A DNA stretch of 64,000 nt from Waterburya sp. (GCA_965217895.1 CBDCJV010000002.1:1760001-1824000); one strand, 5' to 3'; positions 9,185-19,563 are shown, counted from the first letter of the stretch. Made by a program: numbers and translations. Notes: generated by a model not told the origin, from the letters alone.

Positions 9185-10900
9185 TTATAATTCAATTGCC
9201 TGAGAACTAACAGGGTCAAGATTAGTGTCAAAGTCGGTAGTATGTTCATCAACATAATCAACCGCTTCTTTTAGGGCGATAGTGCGATCGCTTATTATAT
9301 TTTTACTGGGTATTTTTACAATTACACCTAACTTTCTGAAGCGTTTTTCGGCTTGACTTTGCAAACCTACTAAGAATACCTGACGACCTTTTTCTAATGC
9401 TTCAGTTATAGCATTTTCCAAAGCTAAGGCAGAAGTCACACCCAAAATTGGTACTTCTGACATATCTAAAACTAACGCTTGATAGTCATCAATTAAATTG
9501 TGTTCGCGAGAGATGGCTTTGGCTACCCCAAAAATCATCGGACCACTTAAATAGAACAATAGTACGCGCCCATTGGCTCTTTCTAATAACTGTTTTTCTT
9601 CATCGTTGAGTACAATTTCTTCATCGTCATAAGTGATAGCTTTGACTTTTTCGGCTCGCAAATTAGTCAGACGTTCGATAGTCAAAATATTGGCAACAAA
9701 TACACCCACACCAACAGCCACCATCAAGTCAACAAAAACAGTGAGGATAATCACCCCATACATAATTAAGGCTGCTTTGGGAGAAATTTTGTGAGCGCGT
9801 TTGAGAAAACCCCAATCCACAATATCAAAACCTACTTTAAAAGCTATCCCCGCTAAAACTGCACTAGGAATACCTGTCAAATATTGACTTAAACCTAAAA
9901 CAACTACTAGTAAAATCAAGGCGCGAGTTATGCCAGATAAGGCAGTTCGACCACCAGATTGGATATTAACTACTGTCCCCATAGTTGCACCAGCACCAGC
10001 AATACCACCAAATAAACCAGAAACTAAATTACCAATACCTTGACCAATTAATTCTTTGTTAGAGTTGTGTTCGGTACGAGTTAAACTGTCCGCTACCAGA
10101 GAAGTGAGCAAAGCATCAATACAGCCTAACATCCCCAACACTAAACCGTTAACAAGCATAACTCGCAGTTGATCGGCTTCAAAGGTAGGAAGCTGTAACT
10201 TAGGTAAACCAACTGAAATTTTACCAATAGTGTGAATATTAGCGTTATCAAAGAAAATAGGGAAGATAAAGATGGCGATTATACTTCCTACAATCAAAGC
10301 CAATAATTGAGGAGGCATGAATTTTTTCAGCTTGGACGGATAAAAGAACAAGATCCCTAGGGTTAAGGTAGCCAGCAAAGTTTCTAAAGGATTAATATTT
10401 GCCAGCAGGGTCGGTAATTTTTGCACTGTACCTAAAGCACCGCCCTTAGGACTAACTTGCCCCAAAAATGGTGCAGTCTGCAAAATAATCAGAATTACCC
10501 CAATACCTGACATAAAGCCAGATATCACCGTGTAGGGCATCAGGGTAATATATCTGCCTAATTTAAAAATTCCAAAGATAATTTGAAAAATACCTGCCAA
10601 CATGACGACAGTAAATGCCATTGCCAAACCGTTTTCAGGATCGGCAGCAGTTAGAGTGGCAATTACGGCAGTCATCACTACTGTCATTGGACCAGTTGGC
10701 TCAGAGATAAGACTGGGAGTTCCACCGAACAAAGCTGCAAACAAGCCAATTAAAATCGCGCCCCAAAGCCCAGCAGAAGCTCCCGCACCAGAAGCAACAC
10801 CAAAAGTCAGAGCCATGGGCAAAGCGATTACCGCAGCGGTAATACCACCGAAAATATCGCCCTTGACGTTTTTCAAGTGAATTATGTTGGTGATTGGCAT
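9185..10900 (-). CDS. bicA: SulP/SLC26 Na+-dependent bicarbonate transporter
   Basis: GDIFGGITAA, SEPTGPM, NSNKELIGQGIGN, GAGATMGT, STAS domain. Confidence 0.9.
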   Translation of the reverse strand: MPITNIIHLKNVKGDIFGGITAAVIALPMALTFGVASGAGASAGLWGAILIGLFAALFGGTPSLISEPTGPMTVVMTAVIATLTAADPENGLAMAFTVVMLAGIFQIIFGIFKLGRYITLMPYTVISGFMSGIGVILIILQTAPFLGQVSPKGGALGTVQKLPTLLANINPLETLLATLTLGILFFYPSKLKKFMPPQLLALIVGSIIAIFIFPIFFDNANIHTIGKISVGLPKLQLPTFEADQLRVMLVNGLVLGMLGCIDALLTSLVADSLTRTEHNSNKELIGQGIGNLVSGLFGGIAGAGATMGTVVNIQSGGRTALSGITRALILLVVVLGLSQYLTGIPSAVLAGIAFKVGFDIVDWGFLKRAHKISPKAALIMYGVIILTVFVDLMVAVGVGVFVANILTIERLTNLRAEKVKAITYDDEEIVLNDEEKQLLERANGRVLLFYLSGPMIFGVAKAISREHNLIDDYQALVLDMSEVPILGVTSALALENAITEALEKGRQVFLVGLQSQAEKRFRKLGVIVKIPSKNIISDRTIALKEAVDYVDEHTTDFDTNLDPVSSQAIEL

Positions 10901-10997
10901 AATAGCAATTTAAAATATTGTGTTGATATTGTGTTGGTAAATTTTACTATGTTCTAAGTTTTAATTATTGATAAAATAGTTTCATATGTGATATACG

Positions 10998-11058
10998 ATG
11001 GTTTTTAAACTATTGATTAAACACTATTGTTATTATTTTTCGATTGATTTAAATCTAT
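10998..11058 (-). promoter_or_regulatory. Three near-consensus NdhR/CcmR (ATAG-N8-CTAT) sites upstream of bicA
   Basis: ATGG-N8-CTAT 10998-11013, ATTG-N8-CTAT 11012-11027, ATTG-N8-CTAT 11043-11058. Confidence 0.55.
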
Positions 11059-11151
11059 ATAAAACTGCACCCCAATCAAGTTTTAAAAGCAATCTTTACT
11101 GCTTGAATTTTTTAATCTCAAAAAGAAGGAAAGGTTATCAATCGACTATAG

Positions 11152-12006
11152 CTAATTATCGTTCCTGATAAAATTACGCTCGATCGCATCAGCTACACGA
11201 CAAACATCAAACATTTGGGCTACATCATGAACTCTCAAGATATCTGCACCTCTGGCGATCGCACCATAGCAAGCAGCAGCCGTACCCCATACCCTCTCTT
11301 GAGGCTCGTTTTGCTTGAGTATAGGACGCATAAAGCTTTTACGAGATACCCCGACCAAGAGTGGTAGATTCAGTGCTTTTAATTCAGTCAAACGCTGAAG
11401 TAATGCCAAACTTTGTGATGCAGTTTTAGCAAAGCCAATGCCAGGATCGATAATAATATTAGTCCGCTTAATACCACAGGAGATCGCTTTCGATGTCTGC
11501 GTTGCCAAAAATTCTGCTACTTCTGCCACCACATCTTGATATTGAGTCAAAGACTGCATTTTTTGGGGATTTCCGCGAATGTGCATCAAAACAATCGGTA
11601 CGTCTAATTGAGCTACGGTGGTCAACATCTGCCGATCGAGAGTTGCCCCTGATATATCATTGACCATATCTGCCCCTGCTGCGATCGCTCCAATGGCAAC
11701 AGTTGCTTTAGTAGTATCAACAGAAATAGGTATAGTTGATTCTTGGCGTAGCTGCTCAATTACAGGAATAACCCGCTCTAATTCCAATTCAACTGAAATA
11801 GCCTTCGCCTGAGGACGAGTAGATTCTCCACCAATATCAATAATATCTACTCCTTGAGCAATCATATTTCGAGCCTGCATCAGGGCAGATTCTAAGCTAT
11901 TAAACCTACCACCATCGCTAAAGCTATCGGGGGTAACGTTCAGAATACCCATCAAATAGGTTCTTTCTCCCCAGTTAAAATGGCGATCGCGAATTTTTAG
12001 AGTCAT
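11152..12006 (-). CDS. folP: Dihydropteroate synthase
   Basis: MGILNVTPDSFSDGG, DIGGESTRP, DPGIGFAK, SRKSF, RVHDV. Confidence 0.97.
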   Translation of the reverse strand: MTLKIRDRHFNWGERTYLMGILNVTPDSFSDGGRFNSLESALMQARNMIAQGVDIIDIGGESTRPQAKAISVELELERVIPVIEQLRQESTIPISVDTTKATVAIGAIAAGADMVNDISGATLDRQMLTTVAQLDVPIVLMHIRGNPQKMQSLTQYQDVVAEVAEFLATQTSKAISCGIKRTNIIIDPGIGFAKTASQSLALLQRLTELKALNLPLLVGVSRKSFMRPILKQNEPQERVWGTAAACYGAIARGADILRVHDVAQMFDVCRVADAIERNFIRNDN

Positions 12007-12181
12007 AGCTAGTACGAGATATTAAATTCTACCAACAAATTTACTATTTCAAATGCTTTCTTTCGTGCAACTCCTCTGGTAGATTAATCCTAGTCCCAAA
12101 TTCTAAAGTTTATCTAATTTATCTTTAGACTTGGGTAATATTTATTAATTTATTTAACAAGCAATTAGGAGGAAAGTCGCA

Positions 12182-13381
12182 GTGGCTAAAAAGACCGTAG
12201 CGAGTTTAAGCGAAGCAGATGTCTCTGGAAAAAGAGTTTTAGTAAGAGCCGATTTTAATGTTCCTTTAGATGATAGTGGCAAGATTACAGACGATACTCG
12301 CATCAAAGCTGCATTACCCACAATTAAAGATCTGGTTGGTAAAGGCGGGAAAGTAATTTTATGTAGCCACATGGGTCGTCCCAAAGGAGAAGTTAAAGAA
12401 GAATTACGACTGACTTCTGTTGCTAAGAGACTGGGTGAGTTGTTGGAACAAGACGTTGCTAAGTGTGATGATTGCGTTGGCGATGCTGTAGCTTCTACTA
12501 TTGATGGTATGAGCAATGGTCAAGTTGTTCTTTTAGAAAACCTCCGTTTTCATAGTCAAGAAGAAGCAAATGACCCTGAATTTGCCAAACAGCTTGCTTC
12601 TAACGCCGATCTGTACGTTAACGAAGCATTTGGTACTGCTCACCGCGCTCATGCTTCTACTGAAGGGGTAACTCATTATCTAAGTCCTAGCGTTGCTGGT
12701 TATTTAATTGAAAAAGAATTAGATTATCTGCAAGATGCAGTTGACAACCCCAAGCGTCCCTTGGCTGCAATTATTGGCGGTTCAAAAGTCTCTAGTAAAA
12801 TTGGCGTAATTGATACTCTACTCGACAAGTGCGACAAGCTACTCATCGGTGGCGGGATGATATTTACTTTTTATAAAGCTCGTGGTCTTAGCGTTGGTAA
12901 TTCTTTAGTAGAAGAAGATAAGCTAGATCTAGCTAAGTCTTTAGAAGCTAAAGCTAAAGAGCAAGGCGTTGAACTACTATTGCCTACTGATGTTGTAATA
13001 GCTGATAATTTTGCGCCTGATGCCAATGCTAAAACTGTAAGCATCAATGATATTCCCGATGGCTGGATGGGACTAGATATTGGTCCTGATTCAATTAAAG
13101 TATTTCAAGATGCTCTAGCTGACTGTAAGGCAGTAATTTGGAATGGTCCAATGGGCGTATTTGAATTCGATAAATTTGCTGCTGGTACTGAAGCGATCGC
13201 CCATACTTTGGCTGGTAAATCTGATGCTGTCACTATCATTGGTGGAGGTGATTCCGTTGCAGCAGTAGAAAAAGTTGGTGTAGCTGAAAAAATGAGCCAT
13301 ATTTCTACTGGTGGTGGTGCAAGTTTAGAGCTATTGGAAGGTAAAACTTTACCTGGTATTGTTGCTTTGGATGATGCTTAA
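12182..13381 (+). CDS. pgk: Phosphoglycerate kinase
   Basis: [45 protein letters not shown]. Confidence 0.98.
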   Translation: MAKKTVASLSEADVSGKRVLVRADFNVPLDDSGKITDDTRIKAALPTIKDLVGKGGKVILCSHMGRPKGEVKEELRLTSVAKRLGELLEQDVAKCDDCVGDAVASTIDGMSNGQVVLLENLRFHSQEEANDPEFAKQLASNADLYVNEAFGTAHRAHASTEGVTHYLSPSVAGYLIEKELDYLQDAVDNPKRPLAAIIGGSKVSSKIGVIDTLLDKCDKLLIGGGMIFTFYKARGLSVGNSLVEEDKLDLAKSLEAKAKEQGVELLLPTDVVIADNFAPDANAKTVSINDIPDGWMGLDIGPDSIKVFQDALADCKAVIWNGPMGVFEFDKFAAGTEAIAHTLAGKSDAVTIIGGGDSVAAVEKVGVAEKMSHISTGGGASLELLEGKTLPGIVALDDA

Positions 13382-13485
13382 ATTATTAAGCATTAAGCAT
13401 TAAGCATTTATTAGCCTGTAGATTGACTTATGTTGGTCTATGGGTGTTTTTTTATGGCATAAAGGTAAGAAAGTTAATTGATTGA

Positions 13486-15540
13486 ATGTACCGTACTAAT
13501 TTAGGCAAAGCCATATTGTTGATCGCAGGTATTCTTATTGCTGTAGCTTTTTATTCTTTTGGAAAAATTCAAGCTTATGAAAATATTAAATATATTTCTA
13601 TGAGTGAAAGAGTTGATGAGAATTTGGCTCTCGATCGCGAAGCCAAATCGGAAACTACTTCAAGCGATCGCTTGAGAGAATTGGCTGCTTTAAATGACGA
13701 TCTGGCGCAAATAGTAGCGAGCAATATTTCTGCACCTCCAGAATTACTAAAAGATTTAGCTTTTCATAAGAATCAAGCTGTCAGGAAAGCCGTTGTTAGA
13801 AACTCCAATACTCCGATAGAAACACTATTTATTTTAGGTGAATATTTCCCGCGAGATTTATTAAACAACCCAGTCTTTGAGTTTTTGACATTAGAAGATT
13901 TAAAATTCGTAGAAAAGATTTCTTCTGGTGCTATAGCTAGTCTAATTCAACAACCAAATGTCCCAGAATTTTTACTAAAGTATGCTGCTAGCCATAAAGA
14001 TAAAACAATAGCATATATGGCAAAAATGAGCGTAGCTATCTCAGGAGAAATGAATGAAGGATGGCATGAAGAAGCAGCAATTGTAATTCGAGAAACTCAT
14101 CTTAAATACGATATTCTCGATAATTATTTTGACGAGAAAGAAGTTAATAAATTCTTAGTATCTTCGGAATTGTTGCCTAATTTTCTTGAATTTATTCCTC
14201 CTGTTATTTTAAATAATTTGGAATTTAGAAGGAATCTAGGGAAAAATTCTAACGCAACGCCTAATTGGTTGAGACAACTGGCGAATGATTCTACTCGTTG
14301 GATTCGTAACGGTGTAGCAAAAAATCCTAATACCCCCTTAGATATATTAGAACTTTTGTCACGCGATCGCAATTATATGGTTCGTAGGGATGTGTTAGAA
14401 AATACTAATACAACAGTAGAAATAGTAGAATCCCTTGCTAATGATTCCAGTACTGAAGTTCGTAGCGGTGTAGCGAAAAATCATAAAACACCGACATATA
14501 AACTAAAATTACTTGCTGGCGATCCAAGTGAGCAAGTTCGTATGCAGGTAGCAGCAAATCCGAATACACCAGCAGCCAAACTTGAATTATTAGCTAATGA
14601 CGAAGATCCAACGGTTAGTCAGCTTGCTGCAAAAAACCCAAATACACCAGATAAAATACTAGAGTCTTTAGCTAAAGACTCTAGCGAAGACAAGCGCGGA
14701 TACATAGCAGAAAATATTGGTACACCCATAAGTATTCTTGAATTACTTGCTACTGATTCCGATCATTGGGTTCGCTATTATGTAGCAACAAATCCTAATA
14801 CACCATTAAATATACTAAAATCACTTGCTACCGATTCTGACAATTCAGTTCGTAGTGGCGTAGCGAAAAACCCGAATACATCTCTTGATATACTAGAATT
14901 TCTTGCTACTGACTCTACCAATTCCGATGTCCATAATTGGATTCACAAATCTTTAGCGGAAAATCCCAATGCATCGGCAAAAATCTTAAAATTTATTTCT
15001 ACTAATACCAATCCCTCTGTACGAGAAAATGTTGCCAGGAATCCTAATGCAACATCTGACATACTACAACTACTTGCTAAAGATTCTTTTGATATGGTTC
15101 GCTATTATGTAGCGGAAAATTCCAGTACATCATCAGAGATTTTGAAATTACTCGCCAATGATTCCAATATTTGGGTTCGTAGCAGCGTGGCGAAAAATCC
15201 GAATACAACTATCGAGACAATAGAAAAACTTGCTAATGATGCCGATAATTTAGTTCGCGAGTCTGTTTCGGCAAATCCTCAATGTACCCATAAAATAAAA
15301 GAAACTATTTTTAATAACTTTGCCAAATTGGAATATCCGTCTTTTAATCGTTTAACTTTTTTCCTAAGCGATTATGCAGAAAGCTTGGTTTTGGCTGAAA
15401 ATAGCAATTCTATCTCGTGGTTAGAAAGATATGCGATCGCCCAAAATGCCAAAACTCCAAAGGATACTCTCCAACAATTAGCCCAAGATGGCAATCGTAT
15501 TGTTCGTGCTACAGCAAAAGAAAGCTTAGAAAGATATTGA
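13486..15540 (+). CDS. Leucine-rich-repeat-variant/HEAT-like repeat protein (about 24-aa repeats)
   Basis: Many repeats of VR..VA.NPNT...ILE.LA.D; C-terminal WLERYAIAQN..TP...L..LAQDGNRIVRA cap; true start may be the internal MSERVDEN. Confidence 0.8.
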   Translation: MYRTNLGKAILLIAGILIAVAFYSFGKIQAYENIKYISMSERVDENLALDREAKSETTSSDRLRELAALNDDLAQIVASNISAPPELLKDLAFHKNQAVRKAVVRNSNTPIETLFILGEYFPRDLLNNPVFEFLTLEDLKFVEKISSGAIASLIQQPNVPEFLLKYAASHKDKTIAYMAKMSVAISGEMNEGWHEEAAIVIRETHLKYDILDNYFDEKEVNKFLVSSELLPNFLEFIPPVILNNLEFRRNLGKNSNATPNWLRQLANDSTRWIRNGVAKNPNTPLDILELLSRDRNYMVRRDVLENTNTTVEIVESLANDSSTEVRSGVAKNHKTPTYKLKLLAGDPSEQVRMQVAANPNTPAAKLELLANDEDPTVSQLAAKNPNTPDKILESLAKDSSEDKRGYIAENIGTPISILELLATDSDHWVRYYVATNPNTPLNILKSLATDSDNSVRSGVAKNPNTSLDILEFLATDSTNSDVHNWIHKSLAENPNASAKILKFISTNTNPSVRENVARNPNATSDILQLLAKDSFDMVRYYVAENSSTSSEILKLLANDSNIWVRSSVAKNPNTTIETIEKLANDADNLVRESVSANPQCTHKIKETIFNNFAKLEYPSFNRLTFFLSDYAESLVLAENSNSISWLERYAIAQNAKTPKDTLQQLAQDGNRIVRATAKESLERY

Positions 15541-15783
15541 TAACTAAAATAATATGCTGCTATGAATAAAACAGACAATAATTTCAGATTCGATTCCTTA
15601 TGCCATCTTTCATACTTTAGCAAGTAAGTCTGATATCGCTATCATCATTGATGGTGAAGACTACGTAGCTGAGGTAAATAATATAGCTTGTAGATAAAAA
15701 TGATTTTTCTACAGGCTTTTTTGATGGCGACATTTAAACATTGGGCGATTAGGATAGGAAGGGGAAATTAAAGGGTATGGGAA

Positions 15784-16926
15784 GTGAGCAGTTTCTGGGA
15801 TTCTATAAATATTGATTGGCTAAACTCGGAAATTGTGGAGGGGGATTTTCCTCTGCTAAAAGTTATTCTGGTAATTGTGGTCATAACCCTGGCACAAGTG
15901 TTAAGAAAGCTTTTTTCAGCAATTATTATCAAATACATAGAAGATTTAACCAGTCAGACAGAAACAGAATTAGATGATAAGTTGATTGCTATTCTCAAGC
16001 AGCCTCTAAACTGGCTTATTGTTATTGCTGGGGTTGGAGTTGCCAAGTTAATTATCGTTACTGAATTAAACTCAGCTATTAATAAAACTGCCGATAATAT
16101 AATTGGTTTGTTGGCGATCGCCACAGTTGCCTGGATTATTTTTCGTGCTTCTCCTTTGTTAGGTGAACTTTTAGGTAATTTAGCACTCGAAACAGAAACC
16201 GAACTAGATGATCTGGTTGTTCCTTATCTACCTAAACTTTTTCAAACTTTAGCTATAATCATTGTCTTACTCAAGACAGCAGAAGTCTTACTAGGTGCAT
16301 CAGCAGGAGCGTTAGTCGGTTTAATTGGTGGTACAGGTATTACTTTAGGGTTATTACTCAAAGATATTGTTTACGACTGGTTTTGCACCGTAATTATTTT
16401 TGCCGATCGCCTCTATGGCCTTGATGACATCTTAAAGGTTCAAGGAATAGATAAACTAGTACAGGTAAAGAATATTGGAGTCAGAAGCACCACCCTCTGC
16501 ATCTTAAGCCAAAATGCTTTAACTAAAATTCCCAACTCAAAAATGATTACGGGAATTGTGGAAAACTGGTCGCAAAATCCTGAACCGGAAAACCTCCTGG
16601 GTATTGATATTACCCTGAAGATCGACGATATTTCCTCAGAACAAACTGCCCTTATTTGTAATACTTTACGTCGCTTCCCTCAAGAAATTGAGTATTTGAG
16701 CAATCGCTTTACTGTCTGGTTTAGTGGTATGGAGCAAAATGCACGGATTATTAAAGTTCAGGCTTTTGCCCAAGTAGATAATCTCAAATCCTATAGTGCT
16801 GTTTGGGAAAAGATCAACTTAGGTATCTTAAAAGTGATGGAACAAGAAGGAATTGAACTGTTTTCTTCGACACCTTTTGCAATTCTGCCTGCTAAATCGC
16901 AAAAAGAAGTAGCGGTTAAGAATTAA
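15784..16926 (+). CDS. MscS-family mechanosensitive channel
   Basis: Multiple TMs, T.TELDD repeats, IGVRSTTL, IPNSKM, VENWS. Confidence 0.85.
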   Translation: MSSFWDSINIDWLNSEIVEGDFPLLKVILVIVVITLAQVLRKLFSAIIIKYIEDLTSQTETELDDKLIAILKQPLNWLIVIAGVGVAKLIIVTELNSAINKTADNIIGLLAIATVAWIIFRASPLLGELLGNLALETETELDDLVVPYLPKLFQTLAIIIVLLKTAEVLLGASAGALVGLIGGTGITLGLLLKDIVYDWFCTVIIFADRLYGLDDILKVQGIDKLVQVKNIGVRSTTLCILSQNALTKIPNSKMITGIVENWSQNPEPENLLGIDITLKIDDISSEQTALICNTLRRFPQEIEYLSNRFTVWFSGMEQNARIIKVQAFAQVDNLKSYSAVWEKINLGILKVMEQEGIELFSSTPFAILPAKSQKEVAVKN

Positions 16927-17029
16927 GGATTTTGTTTTGATGTTTTGTCATTGAGTATATATTTTTATTTTCTAACTGAGATTTTGAAACGAAAGTTTCT
17001 ACAGTCTATTTTAGGCAATGAAAAAGAGC

Positions 17030-17265
17030 AGATTAATTCTAGTAGACGTAAAACTCCCAACGGCATACCATCCCCAAAGAAAATTTTTTAGCGATCGCCA
17101 ACAACTGTTTCAATACTACCGCCACCAATATTTATTACTAAAGCTTTGTCATCTCCTAAAGCGATTGAATTGCGGACAGCCAGAAAAATTAACCGCGCTT
17201 CTTCTTTTCCAGAAATAATCCTCAGACTAAGACCAGTTTGAGCTACTACCTCACTACCATTAGGA
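17030..17265 (-). pseudogene. Ppx/GppA exopolyphosphatase fragment
   Basis: Manual translation TGLSLRIISGKEEARLIFLAV...ALVINIGGGSIETVVGDR*, then frameshifted PLGVLRLLE. Confidence 0.75.
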
Positions 17266-17300
17266 AATTAATTGAAATGATTCCTTATAGTCATAAGATA

Positions 17301-18015
17301 ACGTGAATTCGGGATAAGAAAAAGGACAGGTAGTAAGCTGAAAATAACGACAAATTCAGTAAACCTGCCCTATGTTTAGTAAAGACAGAATTATTTTGCT
17401 CTGTTGACGATTTTTGTCTTGATTTTGAACCAGGTTGGAAACAACAGTTATTAACACAGGGAAAATGCCGTCTTCGTAATCGTCGATTAAGCTTGAGTGA
17501 AATTATGGCGGTGGGGGACGCTGCTTCGTAAGCAGCTTGTCCAACCACCGCGTTGACGATAGAAATAGCCTTTCATTTATCTGCTTATAAAAATTTCAAG
17601 ACATTTTACTGAGAAATTGTTAACCACTATTGGTGTCAAGCTTTCCCGCACTTGGTTAGTTACAACCGATTTGTGGAATGGCAACCAAGCACTTTAATTC
17701 CTTTGATGGCATACCTTCGCTCTGGCTTGGGAACAAGTACAGGAATCGGATTTATTGATTCTACCAGTATTAAAGTTTGTCAACACGGATGACCATGCTT
17801 GACAAACAGCTATTACGCAAAAGAGCTATAGTTGAATCTGTTATTGAACAGCTCAAACATATCAGTCAAATAGAACACTCACGTCATCGTTCCCCTGCTA
17901 ATTTTGTAGTTAATTTACTCTTAGGGCTTGATTGCTTATTGCCATCGTCCCCAAAAGCCATCTATTGCCGTTGATGACTTGATTTTGTCTGCTTCTGCTT
18001 AACCTGAACTCACGT
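17301..18015 (+). mobile_element. Degenerate IS982-family element (internal deletion, stop codons, 48-bp insertion)
   Basis: TIRs ACGTGAATTCGGGATAAG / CTTAACCTGAACTCACGT; flanks TAAGATA/TAAAATA; remnants [61 protein letters not shown]. Confidence 0.88.
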
Positions 18016-18073
18016 TAAAATATTTGTTATGCTGTTAGTGAAATAAAATTACTACAATAACTATTAATTTCTA

Positions 18074-18175
18074 ATGAGTTCATTAAATAGATTAATTAAG
18101 TCTGTGGTAATTGGCTTAATTGTCTTTTTATTTTCCAGTTTATTAATTATTGATCCTGTTAATGCCAAAAGTATT
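18074..18175 (+). pseudogene. 5' stub (signal peptide) of a secreted-protein gene cut by IS630
   Basis: MSSLNRLIKSVVIGLIVFLFSSLLIIDPVNA-KSI abuts the IS630 left end. Confidence 0.45.
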
Positions 18176-19551
18176 ATAGTCATTCTAAATAGGAAAAGTA
18201 TGAAACAATAGATAGAAGCTGAGAAATCGAGCGGGTGAGATGACTTATAGTGTAGATTTACGAAAGCGAGTCGTAGGCTTTGTAGCTTCAGGAGGCTCGA
18301 AAGCCGAAGCATCAAGAAGATATGAGGTGAGTCTATAGTGTGTAAATGATTGGTGTCAAAGAAAGGATTTAACTCCACCACCACAAAGTCGAAGAAAGCG
18401 AAAACTAGATTGGAAAGCACTCGCTCAACATATTCAAGAAAATCCAGATGCTTTGTTGAGGGAGCGGGCGCAACGTTTTGGAGTGCATACAAGTGCGATT
18501 GGATATGCTCAAAAGCAGATGAAATTGACTCGTAAAAAGCGGTGCGACCCCGCGGATTTCTAATCCGCTAGGGAACGCGCACCAAGACAAAACTCTAAAA
18601 TACAGCGAACGTAAGCATAGTCAACGAATTACTTTTCTGAGAAACTTACGCGAAATTGTGAGCTTAAGATGAATCGGGCTTTGAAGAATATATCTATCGT
18701 CCCTATGGCTGGTCAACAGCTTGGTTCTACATGGTCGGGAAACCCGACCGTAGCCCAAGCTCAAAACGGGGACAAAAAACTTATGGCGATCGCAATGGGA
18801 AAAGAGGGTCAAGAACCAGTCTAATAGCTGGAAAAAGCGCACCGCCTGCGAGTAAAGGGTTTCCTCAGCGTAAAGACGGAGCAAGCAGAGGCAGAGAATT
18901 ATTAGCACCGATTCTTTTTAGAGGAAGTACTAACGCTTTATGGTTTAATCGATGGCTCGAAGAACATCTAATTCCAGAATTGAAACCGAACTCTACTTTG
19001 ATTCTCGATAATGCAGCATTTCATCGAAAGGACGATGTGTTTCGCATCGCCGAACAAGCTGGTCATCAAATTTTGTTTTTACCACTTAATAAATGGGTTT
19101 AAAGCCCCGTCATTTATGACCGCGATCTTAGGGCGACGGCTAGTCGCCATCTCTGCCCTCGACAATAGCCCTTTGTTGGAAACCAACAAGACCGCTTTGT
19201 CTCGCAATCGCGGTGTTGACAATTGGGACTGGGGACTGGGGACTGGGTACGGAAATTTCTACGTAGCCGACGGCGGCTTTTTTGTATGAATCTTCACACA
19301 AAAAACGCGCCTTATTAATCCCTAATTCCCAATCCCTAGAATCACCGTTCCTTTTAGGGCGGTGAGCAGTCAACACCTTATTCCCCAGACTTTAATCGTA
19401 TCGAACAAGACTTCGCCATTCTTAAAAAAAGTCGTATTTATGAGGACACGGGTGGCGAATTCAATTCGCCACCGTGAGATGTCCGTTCCGCTCCAGATAT
19501 TTCCTTAGATGACATCGTTAAATCATACGGAAATTATTTGGAATGACTATA
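18175..19551 (+). mobile_element. Degenerate IS630-family element with five internal insertions
   Basis: TIRs TATAGTCATTCTAAATA / TATTTGGAATGACTATA with TA ends; remnants MTYSVDLRKRV (18240), DESGF, LILDNAAFH, FLPPYSPDFNRIE. Confidence 0.92.
19083..19373 (+). mobile_element. Non-autonomous IS200/IS605 (IS608-like) element, no tnpA or tnpB
   Basis: Inserted 3' of TTAC with no target duplication; AAAG before left hairpin; GAAT before right hairpin TCACCGTTCC-TTTTA-GGGCGGTGA; ends TCAA; removal restores the IS630 FLPPYSPD codons. Confidence 0.88.
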
Positions 19552-19563
19552 GATTTTATAAGC

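Noticed and set aside
15545..15725. Possible riboswitch or sRNA upstream of mscS
   Set aside because: Only a terminator-like hairpin is evident, with no motif I can support
19224..19246. GGGGACT repeats and clustered hairpins as a CRISPR array
   Set aside because: These are STRR-type heptamers with no repeat-spacer periodicity, and no cas genes are in the window
17018..19376. Short ORFs on both strands (17018, 17291, 18064, 18350, 18405, 18621, 19011, 19140)
   Set aside because: Antisense or off-frame readings of Ppx, IS982, IS630 and IS605-type remnants; only 17777 and 18731 contain real transposase pieces
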